Shown: in pieces, positions 52,264 to 63,664 of the stretch
Layout: each line of letters opens with the position of its first letter
How positions within the stretch are numbered: position 1 is the stretch's first letter
Assembly: GCA_000320545.1 (NCBI GenBank)
Contig: ADNK01002144.1
Location: 26,853-90,852 of the forward strand
Length of the DNA: 64,000 nucleotides
Source: Bigelowiella natans CCMP2755
Taxonomy: Eukaryota; Protista; Cercozoa
Reading direction: 5' to 3'
Notes under the pieces: model-generated
What the model saw: the letters and a program-made list of their open reading frames with translations, nothing else
Database searches by the model: none
What the model was told of the DNA's origin: nothing
Made by a program: the position numbers and the translations under genes

Positions 52264-55200
52264 AACAATACGTGTTATTACTTCCAAACCGTACAGAAGA
52301 ATCAAGAAAAGATCCTACATGCTCTAGCAATGTACGTGTCTATTGCTCATGTGTATGCATGTGCTGTCCTATGCGTGCAGCAGCATCTTAAGCCAATCGA
52401 CGACATGTTGTGTAAGCATGCTAGAAGTGCTCTAATTTGGAGAAGACAAGATCGTTTTCTGTTATGAGTTATACTCTTTTTTCACGGCGAGAAGGTGCTC
52501 TGACAACACTAAGCATGGAACAGATTGACGTCAGTGGTGGAGGACCATCATCAACTTGCCACAGAAAGGAAGAGGGACGCGAACATCTCAGCATGCAAGT
52601 ATTCTTGACTGATCACTACGTTGTAATCTTGAAGATGATACGATTGTTGGAGACTTGCAGTAATGTCTTCGTGTAATTATTGCGCTACAAGTACATCATC
52701 ATCATCATGATTATTTCAGGTAGCTGTACTTAAAGCGATGAGAAAAGGGCAACGTACCATCTTGAAAAACAGAGAAAATGAACTGATGATGAGGGGAAAC
52801 AAGATCTCTGAATTGGAGGATCAAGTGGCTGCTTTGGAAGCGAAAATTGAACGGTTTATTTCAAGTGATTTATTATAGATTGTCGAATCATGATGGTATG
52901 ATATTCTATTCTTTCCCTAACAAATAGATCTTTGGTGAGCACTAGAATACATATGAAAGAAGCTGATGAACAACGAAGGTAGGTCACGATGATCCGGTGT
53001 CAGTTTTTTACTGCTGCTCTATCTCCCTCTTTCCCTCTCCCCTTCACATTCGTGGTGTTGGTCAGTTGCTGTATTTTAGATAATAATCCTACTTTTACTA
53101 GAATGATAACGAGCCTGAAGAAGAAAAATGCGGAGCTCCAACGCAGATCTGTTATGGAAGCTGCTGGTGGTGGTGGTGCTGCTGCCTCTGCTACTGCTGA
53201 TCCCGCAAATAATGCAGCAAAGGCACAAAAGGATAAGGAAGATGCTATACTGAAAGCTGATCAAGAGAAAAAAGAAGCTTTGGCGAAGGCGGAGAGAGAT
53301 AAAACAGAAGCATTGCAGAAAGCTGATCAAGAGAAGAAAGAAGCTTTGACGAAGGCGGAGAGAGATAAAACAGAAGCATTGCAGAATGCAGCAACAAAAG
53401 CACAAAAGGATAGGGAAGATGCTCTGCTAAAAGCCGATCAAGAGAAGAAAGAAGCTTTGGCGAAGGCGGGGAGAGATAAAACAGAAGCATTGCAGAATGC
53501 AGCAACAAAAGCACAAAAAGATAAGAAAGATGCTCTGCTGAAAGCTGATCAAGAGAAAGAAGAAGCGTTGGCGAAGGCGGAGAAAGATAAAACAGAAGCA
53601 TTGCAGAAAGCAGCAGCAAAAGCGAATAAGGATAAGGAAGATGCTCTGCTGAAAGCTGATCAAGAGAAGAAAGAAGCTTTGGCGAAGGCGGAGAGAGATA
53701 AAACAGAAGCTTTGCAGAATGCAGCAACAAAAGCACAAAAAGATAAGAAAGATGCTCTGCTGAAAGCTGATCAAGAGAAAAAAGAAGCGTTGGCGAAGGC
53801 GGAGAGAGATAAAACAGAAGCATTGCAGAATGCAGCAGCAAAAGCGAATAAGGATAAGGAAGATGCTCTGCTGAAAGCTGATCAAGAGAAGAAAGAAGCG
53901 TTGGCAAAGGCGGAGAGAGATAAAACAGAAGCATTGCAGAATACAGCAGCAAAAGCGAATAAGGATAAGGAAGATGCTCTGCTGAAAGCTGATCAAGAGA
54001 AAAAAGAAGCGTTGGCGAAGGCGGAGAAAGATAAAACAGAAGCATTGCAGAATGCAGCAGCAAAAGCACAAAAGGATAGGGAAGATGCTTTGCGTAAAGC
54101 TGATCAAGAGAAAAAAGAAGCGTTGGCGAAGGCGGAGAGAGATAAAACAGAAGCATTGCAGAATGCAGCAGCAAACGCACAAAAAGATAAGAAAGATGCT
54201 CTGCTGAAAGCTGATCAAGAGAAAGAAGAAGCGTTGGCGAAGGCGGAGAGAGATAAAACAGAAGCATTGCAGAATGCAGCAGCAAAAGCACAAAAGGATA
54301 GGGAAGATGCTCTGCTGAAAGCTGATCAAGAGAACAAAGAAGCTTTGGCGAAGGCGGAGAGAGATAAAACAGAAGCATTGCAGAAAGCTGATCAAGAGAA
54401 GAAAGAAGCTTTGGCGAAGGCGGAGAGAGATAAAGCAGAAGCATTGCAGAATGCAGCAACAAAAGCACAAAAAGATAAGAAAGATGTTCTGCTGAAAGCT
54501 GATCAAGAGAACAAAGAAGCGTTGGCGAAGGCGGAGAAAGATAAAACAGAAGCATTGCAGAATGCAGCAGCAAAAGCGAATAAGGATAAGGAAGATGCTC
54601 TGCTGAAAGCTGATCAAGAGAAGAAAGAAGCGTTGGCAAAGGCGGAGAGAGATAAAACAGAAGCATTGCAGAATACAGCAGCAAAAGCACAAGAAGAAGC
54701 GTTGGCGAAGGCGGAGAAAGATAAAACAGAAGTATTGCAGAACGCAACAGCAAAAGCACAAAAGGATAAGGAAGACGCTCTGCTAAAAGCTGATCAAGAG
54801 AAGAAAGAAGCCTTGAAGAAGGCGGAGAGAGATAAAACAGAAGCATTGCAGAAAGCAGCAGCAAACGCACAAAAAGATAAGGAAGATGCTCTGCTGAAAG
54901 CTGATCAAGAGAAGAAAGAAGCTTTGGCGAAGGCGGAGAAAGATAAAACAGAAGCATTGCAGAAAGCTGATCAAGAGAAGAAAGAAGCTTTGGCGAAGGC
55001 GGAGAGAGATAAAACAGAAGCTTTGCAGAATGCAGCAACAAAAGCACAAAAAGATAAGAAAGATGCTCTGCTGAAAGCTGATCAAGAGAAAAAAGAAGCG
55101 TTGGCGAAGGCGGAGAGAGATAAAACAGAAGCATTGCAGAATGCAGCAGCAAAAGCGAATAAGGATAAGGAAGATGCTCTGCTGAAAGCTGATCAAGAGA

Positions 55201-57662
55201 ACAAAGAAGCGTTAGCGAGGGCGGAGAGAGATAAAACAGAAGCATTGCAGAATACAGCAGCAAAAGCGAATAAGGATAAGGAAGATGCTCTGCTGAAAGC
55301 TGATCAAGAGAAGAAAGAAGCGTTGGCGAAGGCGGAGCGAGATAAGACTGAAGCGCTACAAAAAGCAGAAGAAGGTTTGAATAAAAAGGAAGAAGCATTA
55401 CACCAAATGCTCAAGGAAAAAGAAGAAGCTATTTCATCATTACAAAAACATGTAGATCATAGTAGGAAGGTTGCTGCTGATGAAAAGCGAAGCTTAATTG
55501 AGAAGCATGAAGAGGAAATAAGTCGTCGAGAGCTGCAGCTACAATCTCTTAAAGTTACTCATGAAGAAGAAATGGAAAAATTGAAACACAGCACTGAACA
55601 GCAGAAAATGGAAAGTATAAGAGTGGAAGTGCTACGAAGAGAAGAGGAAATGAAAAATGAACTTTTGAATAAAATGAAGAAGTATAGAGAAGCTCAAGCT
55701 GCCTCGATTGCCAGTTTGAGGAGCAGCCATCAATTGCAGTTGAATAAGATCGAACAAGAATCAAAAAGAAAGCATGAAGAAGCTCTTCGTATTGCTAAAA
55801 AGGATAATAACATTGCCTTGAAACAGGCGATACAACAAGCTACTGTTTCTGAGCGTGCCCATCAAGCTGCCAGGATGAAAGTTCAAATGGAAAAAAAGGC
55901 CGCACTGTTTGATGCTAAAACTGGAGAGGCTGTTGATGCTGCTATTAAGCAAAACAAGGAGCAGCATTTCAGGGAAATTAGTGCTCTCAAATGTGAGCAT
56001 GAGCGAACAGAAGCTGAATTGCAGAAGACAAACTCCAGTCTTAGCAAAGAGTTAGCTCAGTGCAGAGCGCAATTGGAGAAAGCATCAAAGGCCAAGGCCA
56101 AGGCGAGTGAGGTGATGAAAAGTACGCGGAGTATGTGCGACACAATAGAAAACCTAAAAAAAGGTTTGGATTCGGAAAGGGAAAAGCTAAAAGTCAAGCA
56201 AATTGAGATCCGACGAAAGCATAGAGCAACTGTATCTGGACTGGAAGAGCAGCTACATGAAATGAACAATCGATTTTCTAACGAACGAAAAGCAAGAGAA
56301 AGACTCGAAAACCACGTCAACAGACTTGAAAGTATGCTGAGCATGTATAACGATAATGGAAATCGTAAGAGTGCAGCAGCAGCTACTGTACCAGCATCAT
56401 CATCACTATTATCGCTGTTTTCTTCTGCTTCTTTTACTAGTACTAATGTTCCGCCCCCCTCTTCTTCATCTTCCCAACCCCAACAAGTACTGCAGCAGAA
56501 GCAGCAGACAAAGTTGGACGCATCCCAACACAGTTCCAGTGGTAGAAGTAGCAACAACCATCTTCACTTTAAAAACACATTATGGGAGCTTGGAGAGAAG
56601 AACAGAAGTTTGCTGATTCAAAATACAAGTTTGAAGCAAAAGATTCATAAGTACTCACGCCTCATTGCAAGTCAATCCCAAAGGGAAATTGAGCGAACGG
56701 AAAGAGAGCAAAATGAAAGCAAGGGCCAACAAGATAGAGTTAGTATGCACACAAGCATGAGAGCCCCTCCACCACCTACCAAAAAGACGGGGAGGGCAAT
56801 GGATGACAGACTGGAGATGCATAAAATGTCGGCAAAATGGCGTCATGAGGAAAATCTGAAGTTACAACAGCAAATACAGGACATGGATCATCACCACGCT
56901 CTAAACGTTAGAAGTCTTAAAGACAGACACAGATCTATGTTAGAGGCAACGCGTTCAGACTACCAGATGCGAATTGAAGCTCTTGAGTCGACGGTAAAGA
57001 CACTGAGAAACGATAGCCAAAAGAAATTTGAGCGTTTGCGCGGCGAAAAGGATGCACAAGTAGCTGAGGTTAAGAAGGCTCTCTACTTGGTGGAAAAGGA
57101 TAGAGACGAGCTGTTTACTTCTTTACGTTCATTACAAGAGATGAAACGAGACATAGAAGACGACGATGAGCAATCACTGGTTAATGAGAAACCATTGAGT
57201 GATGATAGAGGGTGCAAGGTGCGAAACGAAGAAAATGAAGACGGAAAGCGTCAGAAGCAGATTGTCGACGACGCTGGCCATAATGATGATAGCGACAAAT
57301 TTGTTAGTACCGAAGCCTTTCCTCGGGTCGCGGTTACTACCTCGCAAATGTACAAACTTAAATCAAAAATCAAAACTGCGTTCAACAACTACTTACAAAA
57401 TTCTAGTTCAGCTTCATGTTATCCAGATGTCATTAAAGCAATAAAGGCAGGCCTGGAAGAGACTGGATTCCCTTCCTCAGATGCTAACTGGTTGGAAACT
57501 GCAGTTGAAAAAAAAATAGCTAACTTAGAGCAACAAAGGAATGATTCGAGATTGACGCTACGGGATCAGAAAGCGTACACCTTAAGCCAGATCAAAGGAA
57601 GCATTCAGGTATTGTTGCATGAAAGAACTTCCTTCATCGCAGAAGATAGAACTCATGATTAG
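50651..57662 (+). CDS. PH-domain protein with very long coiled coil containing a 37-aa tandem repeat
   Basis: 5' exons KSGVVYLKPP, PRRFVVVTDHLIEVYRDQ and KWSFFTETHLESLEWVTAV (PH-like). The large last exon (ORF 52989-57662) is E/K/A/Q-rich coiled coil. Confidence 0.75.
53208..55370 (+). repeat. Coding minisatellite, 111-bp / 37-aa unit with shorter 22-aa variants, about 20 copies
   Basis: KAQKDKEDALL-KADQEKKEALA-KAERDKTEALQ-NAAA repeated with high DNA identity. Confidence 0.95.
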
Positions 57663-58408
57663 GTGACACCATGCATGTAAAAGCATTCACGTTGTGTTGA
57701 ATCGGATCTTTTCAATTGTCAGATGCGATGTCTAGATGTCATCAACGCACAACTATGATCATGTCGTGCAGCATCCAGCAAGTGCCGTACGCACATCGCT
57801 AGCTAGCTAGGCATGCTAGCATGTTGCGTGCACTGAATGCTGATGTCATCTGCATCGTCACATTGTCTGTCACAGCAGTGCCCGTCGGTCTACACGTTTG
57901 CATGTTGTGACGTGTCGTGCGGCGGATTGAAATTCGCAGGAGTTGTCGCTAGCTTTGAATGCGTAAATTGCTCACTAAATTGATTCTGTAAATTTGGAAG
58001 ATGATGAATTGAAAAATAAGAGTCACACGCAGAGACGTGCTAGCGTGTGTCTCTTTTTCTAGTGTTTGACGTGCGCGCAACGGCACAAGCTTGCCGCTTT
58101 CCATGTGATCAGCTGCTGCGTCTGCTTGCATGGCTTGTCATTGTAAGCACATCTAGATCGACATGCGATCGCCATCGCCGGCGGCGCTCGCGAGCAAGAT
58201 GAGGGCAAACACACATATGCACACGACTGCTACTAGATACAGTGCATGGGACGGATGCAATGAGCAGCAATGATCAATTCTAGTATTGCATTCGTCTAGC
58301 TAGCTAGTCCGATCTAGCTAGCTATGACAATGATCATCTCGCTACTGTGTCGCAACAATGAGCTAGCTAGCTAGCTAGCTGGAAACTATAACCAACAGAT
58401 TCAACATT

Positions 58409-58541
58409 AGCGCTGTAGCCGCGAGTATAGCGCTGCATTGCACACAGCTCTAGAGCCACATGACTAGCATCAATGAGGATGACCGCATTATTGACGACGA
58501 ACAAATTTAATTTGATTTATTATACTGTTCCGTCTTACATA
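58409..58541 (-). repeat. Conserved dispersed element, copy 4, inverted and with insertions (convergent spacer)
   Basis: Reverse complement reads TATGTAAGACGGA..TATAATAAATCAAATTAAATTT...GGTCATCCTCAT...AGCTGTGTGCAATGCAGCG...CGGCTACAGCG. Confidence 0.75.
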
Positions 58542-59418
58542 TAGCTAGATAGCTGGGCAAAAGCAGCGGCCATTGCACTTAAATTATGTTATCCATCTCA
58601 TGCATAGCTAGATTCGATAGCGGCGTTCATGCGCACATTTCTAGACTTGCACCAGTCAGTAGTGCAGACATCGTAAGCATTTCAGCGTTAACGCGCAGGG
58701 GTACAACCAGAAGTTGTGTGGGATTTTAGCTAATACTGTTCAAGTTGTTTGAAGAGAAAACTTATTCACAACAAGCTGACTGCTTCAATATATTAAAACT
58801 AGATATGAAATGTCTGCTATTTTCAAATTATCTAAATCATCTGCAAAATAATTTCGTCAAGAAGCGGTTTGGGTTAAATTGTGTACATCCAGATGCATCG
58901 GGAGCCAGTGAAATGGTGGTATGGTGATAGCGATAGAGGTGCAGATTTTGATGCATCAGAAGCCAATCAAAGGGCTTTAGTATGGCATTGTGACAGAGAT
59001 AGAGGTGCAGATTTAGACGGTAAGAGTAGCACTGAACAAATGCATATCTTCGATTTTTTTCCTTTTCATAATGACGATTGAACTTTCTTGTTCTTTGTTT
59101 TGACTTTAAGCGGGGGAGGCATGAGGTGAGGTGAAAGACCCCCATGCATTCTTATGTTTTTAGCAAGAATTATGAACAAATGCTAGGGATTCCAACACCG
59201 AGGGTAGGGTTTAGTGTTTGGATTGTAATATGCTTTTAATGTTTATTTCCCTTCAAGAGGATATTGCACACAACGAGCGATGAATGAGGAGAGGCAGTGG
59301 AAGGTTTGTTGCGTTTTGGTGTAACTAGGACGTAATGGAAGCTTGCATGTGAATGAGGATGAGTAGGGATTTCTAGGTGCAGCTTGACCCCTCGTGGATC
59401 GTGAAATTTGGCTTTCAC

Positions 59419-61383
59419 TCATGCTCGTAAGAAGGATTTCATCGTATCCTCCATCGACTGCCGTGATGACTGGCAATCCATTTCAACATCGGAGCATTCA
59501 GATGGCGCCGCCTCCTCTGTTACAGACGAAGTCGATGTTTTGTCGTCCAGAATGTCTGTTTGAAGATTGATTTTATGTTGTCTTAGTAAATCTGCAGCGA
59601 CTTCACGAAAAGGGTCACTGCCCTCCCTTTCTCCAAATCGGAGAAGTCCAGGATACATGGCGTTATGCGGTCCGACGAGCTGCTTCATCCCTTCAGCATT
59701 TCTCAAGCGAGAATTCTACAGGATAAGTTCAGTTAGGCAAAAATTTTGACAATTTCATCAATTTTTTCACCATTTCGGTTTCTAGATGCCTTTCAAGCTC
59801 CGCAACATTCTTCTTAAGAAGTGCAATATAGTTCTCCCGTTCATTCAGAGAAGATTGCAGCCAGCTGGGGAGGGCAGAAATTTAGATTATAAAAGTATTT
59901 CGGATGATGCTGTGTTTACCTGATTCTCCTATCCTTATTCTTGATTTCATTCTGCAAACAATGAATTGTGTTTTTATCTGTGTTGCAAGTGCTATTCCAG
60001 GTTTTCCGTTCCTGTACAAATCGCTTCATCATTTTTTGCCTTTCATCCTGCCTAGCAGCCTGCACGATCTCCTTTACTCTAGCCTTCCAAGCTACAGAAG
60101 GTGCTTTAAGAATGTTCTCCACGCACTCTGATACAACAGCTCCGCGGGTCCTATCCAGAGGCCGACACATTTTCATCGCTTTCATCGCTTGAGTCATCCC
60201 GAACTTTCTGACAGTCGAGGTCAAACATGAGAACTTTAAGGTAATTTGGGTTCTCACCCATTTAGAGTAAAAGAAGATTGAAAAAGGGCTTGTATATGAT
60301 GATATTTATTATAACGATGATATTAAAACCAGAGAGAATATATGCAAAAAAAGTTTTCTTGGCTCAACAGATGAAAAAGTTAAAAGTTCAGCTCTGGAAT
60401 TAATGCCATCCCCATTGAATTTCATGGGAATTACTCAAAATTGTGTGCTAATTAAACTTCCTCCTTCTAGAATAGTAATATTTCGAACAATTGTCCGAGG
60501 TGGATTCCTCTCTTCGTTTGTTTTAAGGGAGGGGACAGCAACTCTTCACACCTCAGGCTGCCCCTTGAACACTGGTCACGAAAGAATAAGACCTAGCCAA
60601 CACGGTGCAACGGAGCAAATTCCAGCAAACTAAACTCCGTGAACACAAATACATCAACGGACATATGCGTTGTCGCTAAGAAAAAATGGATTGCTGCGTG
60701 TGACAATTTGACCTTTTCCATGTCCTTTTCTCCGAAATTCATTTTTGTTCTCTTTTATGAGCTTTGCGACCACCAGCGCTGCCAGTCGTTTCGAAGATGT
60801 GCAGGTAGCTTTTATCCTAAGAATTTGGAGAAAATCTCCGGAGCTCTGCCATCGTTGAAAATGAAAAGGGTTTCAGGATAAATCTCTTTCAAAATAGTCT
60901 TTTTTAGGTCTGACAATGAGCTCCTCGTGCTCGCTGAGGCTTGTTGATGTAGATTCAGTATAAATATAAAATCTTTAAAGTGCGATACATCATCTTTAAA
61001 GTAAATACGACAACCATATTATTTTTAAAATGTTTATCTATGTCCTAAATCATTGAATCTATCTGAATAATATAGTTCATCTCTTTCTGGAATAATTCTT
61101 CATATTCAACATAATTTTCTGCTCCGAGAAAGAAATATTTTACTGTATATTGCTCATATTGAAAGAAATAGAAGTGAATCCACGGAAATTTACCTCCATT
61201 CTTGTACATTTTTTTTTAATTGGACAGGAGGGTCCACTGGTGCCTCGGTTGGACACTCTGTGAAATATCCAGCTATTTTCATGGGGAATTACAGACTTTT
61301 TTGCCTTAGAAGGATTGTCGCTTGAAATTTATCATAAATCCATCCTTTGGGTGTCAACAGAGTGTGAAGACATACTGCGACAT
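59419..61383 (-). CDS. Multi-exon coiled-coil protein of unknown function; model uncertain
   Basis: Putative start MS(H)|gtatgt at 61383; exons KARVKEIVQAARQDERQKMMKRF, ERENYIALLKKNVAELERHLE and NSRLRNAEGMKQ...SFLRA*. Confidence 0.5.
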
Positions 61384-61579
61384 GATAGTTGTAAAAATAT
61401 GTAGCAAATAATCCTTAAATTCGGAATTGTGGTAGCTACGGCAGCTTAAAATGCTCTTATGAGGATGTGAAATTCTTCGATCTTTCTTCTCGAAAAATGG
61501 AGGTCCTTCGAGATTGTTGTTGTTGTTGTTGTTGTTGTAGTTGTTGTTGTTGTTGTTGTTGTTGTGGCAGACTCCTAGA

Positions 61580-62988
61580 AATGATCACCAATGATTCAAT
61601 GATGACAATGGCGACTGGATGACGTCCGTGTTTGCCGAGGATTAACCCTTCGTTCGCTTGTGCATGATCACCGCGTAATGCTTCAGCATGTTACTGCATA
61701 TGAATATGAAAGCATAACCTGGTCGCGAGCAGCTTTCAAGGCCTCGAGCGTGCGGTAGCAGTACTTCGTTTTCTGTCTACGTCGTCATCGTCGTCGTCGA
61801 TCGATCGAGGATGCTAGGAAATTCTGTGGAATTGGATGGAAATGATGACCTTCTCTTCTCGGTATCAAGTGCTAATTGCAGAAAATAATAGGACGAGATA
61901 AAGATCTGTAGCAAGTGATTGTAGTTTTCTGAGCTAGGCTGGAGCGAAAGCTCCATTTGTTACTTCAACTTTCCTTGTTGGGCTTGGGTGAATGGATTCT
62001 TAATTCCCTACATGTAGTCTGATTCGGAGGTTGATCACGAACAAAGCAAGCAAGGAGGAGGAGAGTGGGAAGAGGGCAAATTGGACTTCACAGATCTCGG
62101 TACGACCCTACTACCTCCATATTCCGAATTATTACAATAGATCATCTTGAGTAGATCTTCACTATCTTTACTGTTGTTATGCAGAAGAGGTCGTTGTGCC
62201 AGACGATATTGGTGATAGTGAGAACAAAAGGTGGGATCATTCAGTGACCCAGAAGCGAGGCCTGTCCAATTTAGATCTGATATCCCTGAACAAAAAGGTG
62301 TACCACGTAGTGGTGGTGTGATAGTAGTGGTTAGGGTGGTGGTGATAAACAAAATGCAAGCAATTTATCTTTTCAACTATATGAAGGAAGGAAGGAAGGG
62401 GGGAAGGGGGGATATACTATGGATTGGGACATTTATTCTGAAAAAAACACAGGCGTCATCCTCTTCTAAAATTGTTGATGGAGAAAAAGAGCAGCGAGAC
62501 ACTGCCAAGCGCAAGGACGCTATTCTGCGAAAGCATGCTCACCGTCGTGCAACTATCGAGCAAGTATATCTTAGCCTTCAAATTCATATGGTAATGACCC
62601 TATTGAGATAATCTTGTAGTAGTACGCTTCAATACGTTCTGCATTGATAGTCATACAGGCTGTTCTCTCACGAATGAGAATCAATGCAGCTCTAAAGCAT
62701 ATGCTGAGATTTTGCGTGCAGGGAGTACATATTCTGACAGCATACTCTTTGACTAATGTGTGCCAAATACAATAGGCTCATATTCGTGTGTTGGTGGCAC
62801 GATACGCGTTCCGAAATCTTCTTTGTGAGCTTCCAAGCCTCAAGGTAGCGCCCACGTTAATCTCACTTTAATTTCACTTTGCAGCGCTGTTTTTGATAGA
62901 CGTTGTTCTCCTCAAAACAATGCAGGCGAGGATACTGTCGCAGTTCCCACCCTCCCTTATCAACAGGTGCTTCTATTTCGGAGCAACA

Positions 62989-63031
<43 letters not shown>

Positions 63032-63178
63032 ACAAAAGAGAAGAAAGTTGGAGGAGGGGAAGGAGGAAGAACCTTCCTTCTTCTCCTTCTTCCAATGTAC
63101 ATAAGAATGCCAATGTTTTCTCGTTTTCTCTTCGTGAAAAGTGGTTGCAGTTGATATCTTTCTGCAAATTCTATAAAT

Positions 63179-63243
<65 letters not shown>

Positions 63244-63420
63244 ATAGATAGAAGTGACTTTCACCATTACTGTGACTCTATCACTGCGGTAACAACCTTG
63301 GAACGGCCGTCCTCCTACCTATTACCTTAGGTGCGCGGAAGCTAATCTTGACACAATACGGACAATAACAGCATGGTTTCACGATGCGTGGAATCTAAAG
63401 CAAACCATGCCGCTCAACTC
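61580..63420 (+). CDS. Multi-exon protein of unknown function; ends uncertain
   Basis: AG/GT-bounded open exons SDSEVDHEQSKQGGGEWEEGKLDFTDL, EEVVVPDDIGDSENKRWDH and AHIRVLVARYAFRNLLCELPSLK. Confidence 0.45.
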
Positions 63421-63573
63421 TGGACTTTCTTGTTCCCTGTGCAATACCGACGACGTCGCAAATGATGATGAGATGGAGGAGGAGGAGGAGGAGGCTATCA
63501 CTGCTCATAGAAGCATACAATCGGTCATTCCCACAACTATCTTGTTCTAACTTCCGTGACATCTACTTCTGAC

Positions 63574-63609
<36 letters not shown>

Positions 63610-63664
63610 GTGTGTGTGTGTGTGTGTGATATGCTGCTGCAGCTTTAGCAGAACTTCCGCTTAC

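Noticed and set aside
53076-55398. Long minus-strand ORFs (717, 444, 137 and 109 aa) rich in Leu/Cys/Phe
   Set aside because: Antisense shadows of the coding tandem repeat.
58932-59014. Repeated GATAGAGGTGCAGATTT about 65 bp apart
   Set aside because: Only two short copies; no function can be supported.
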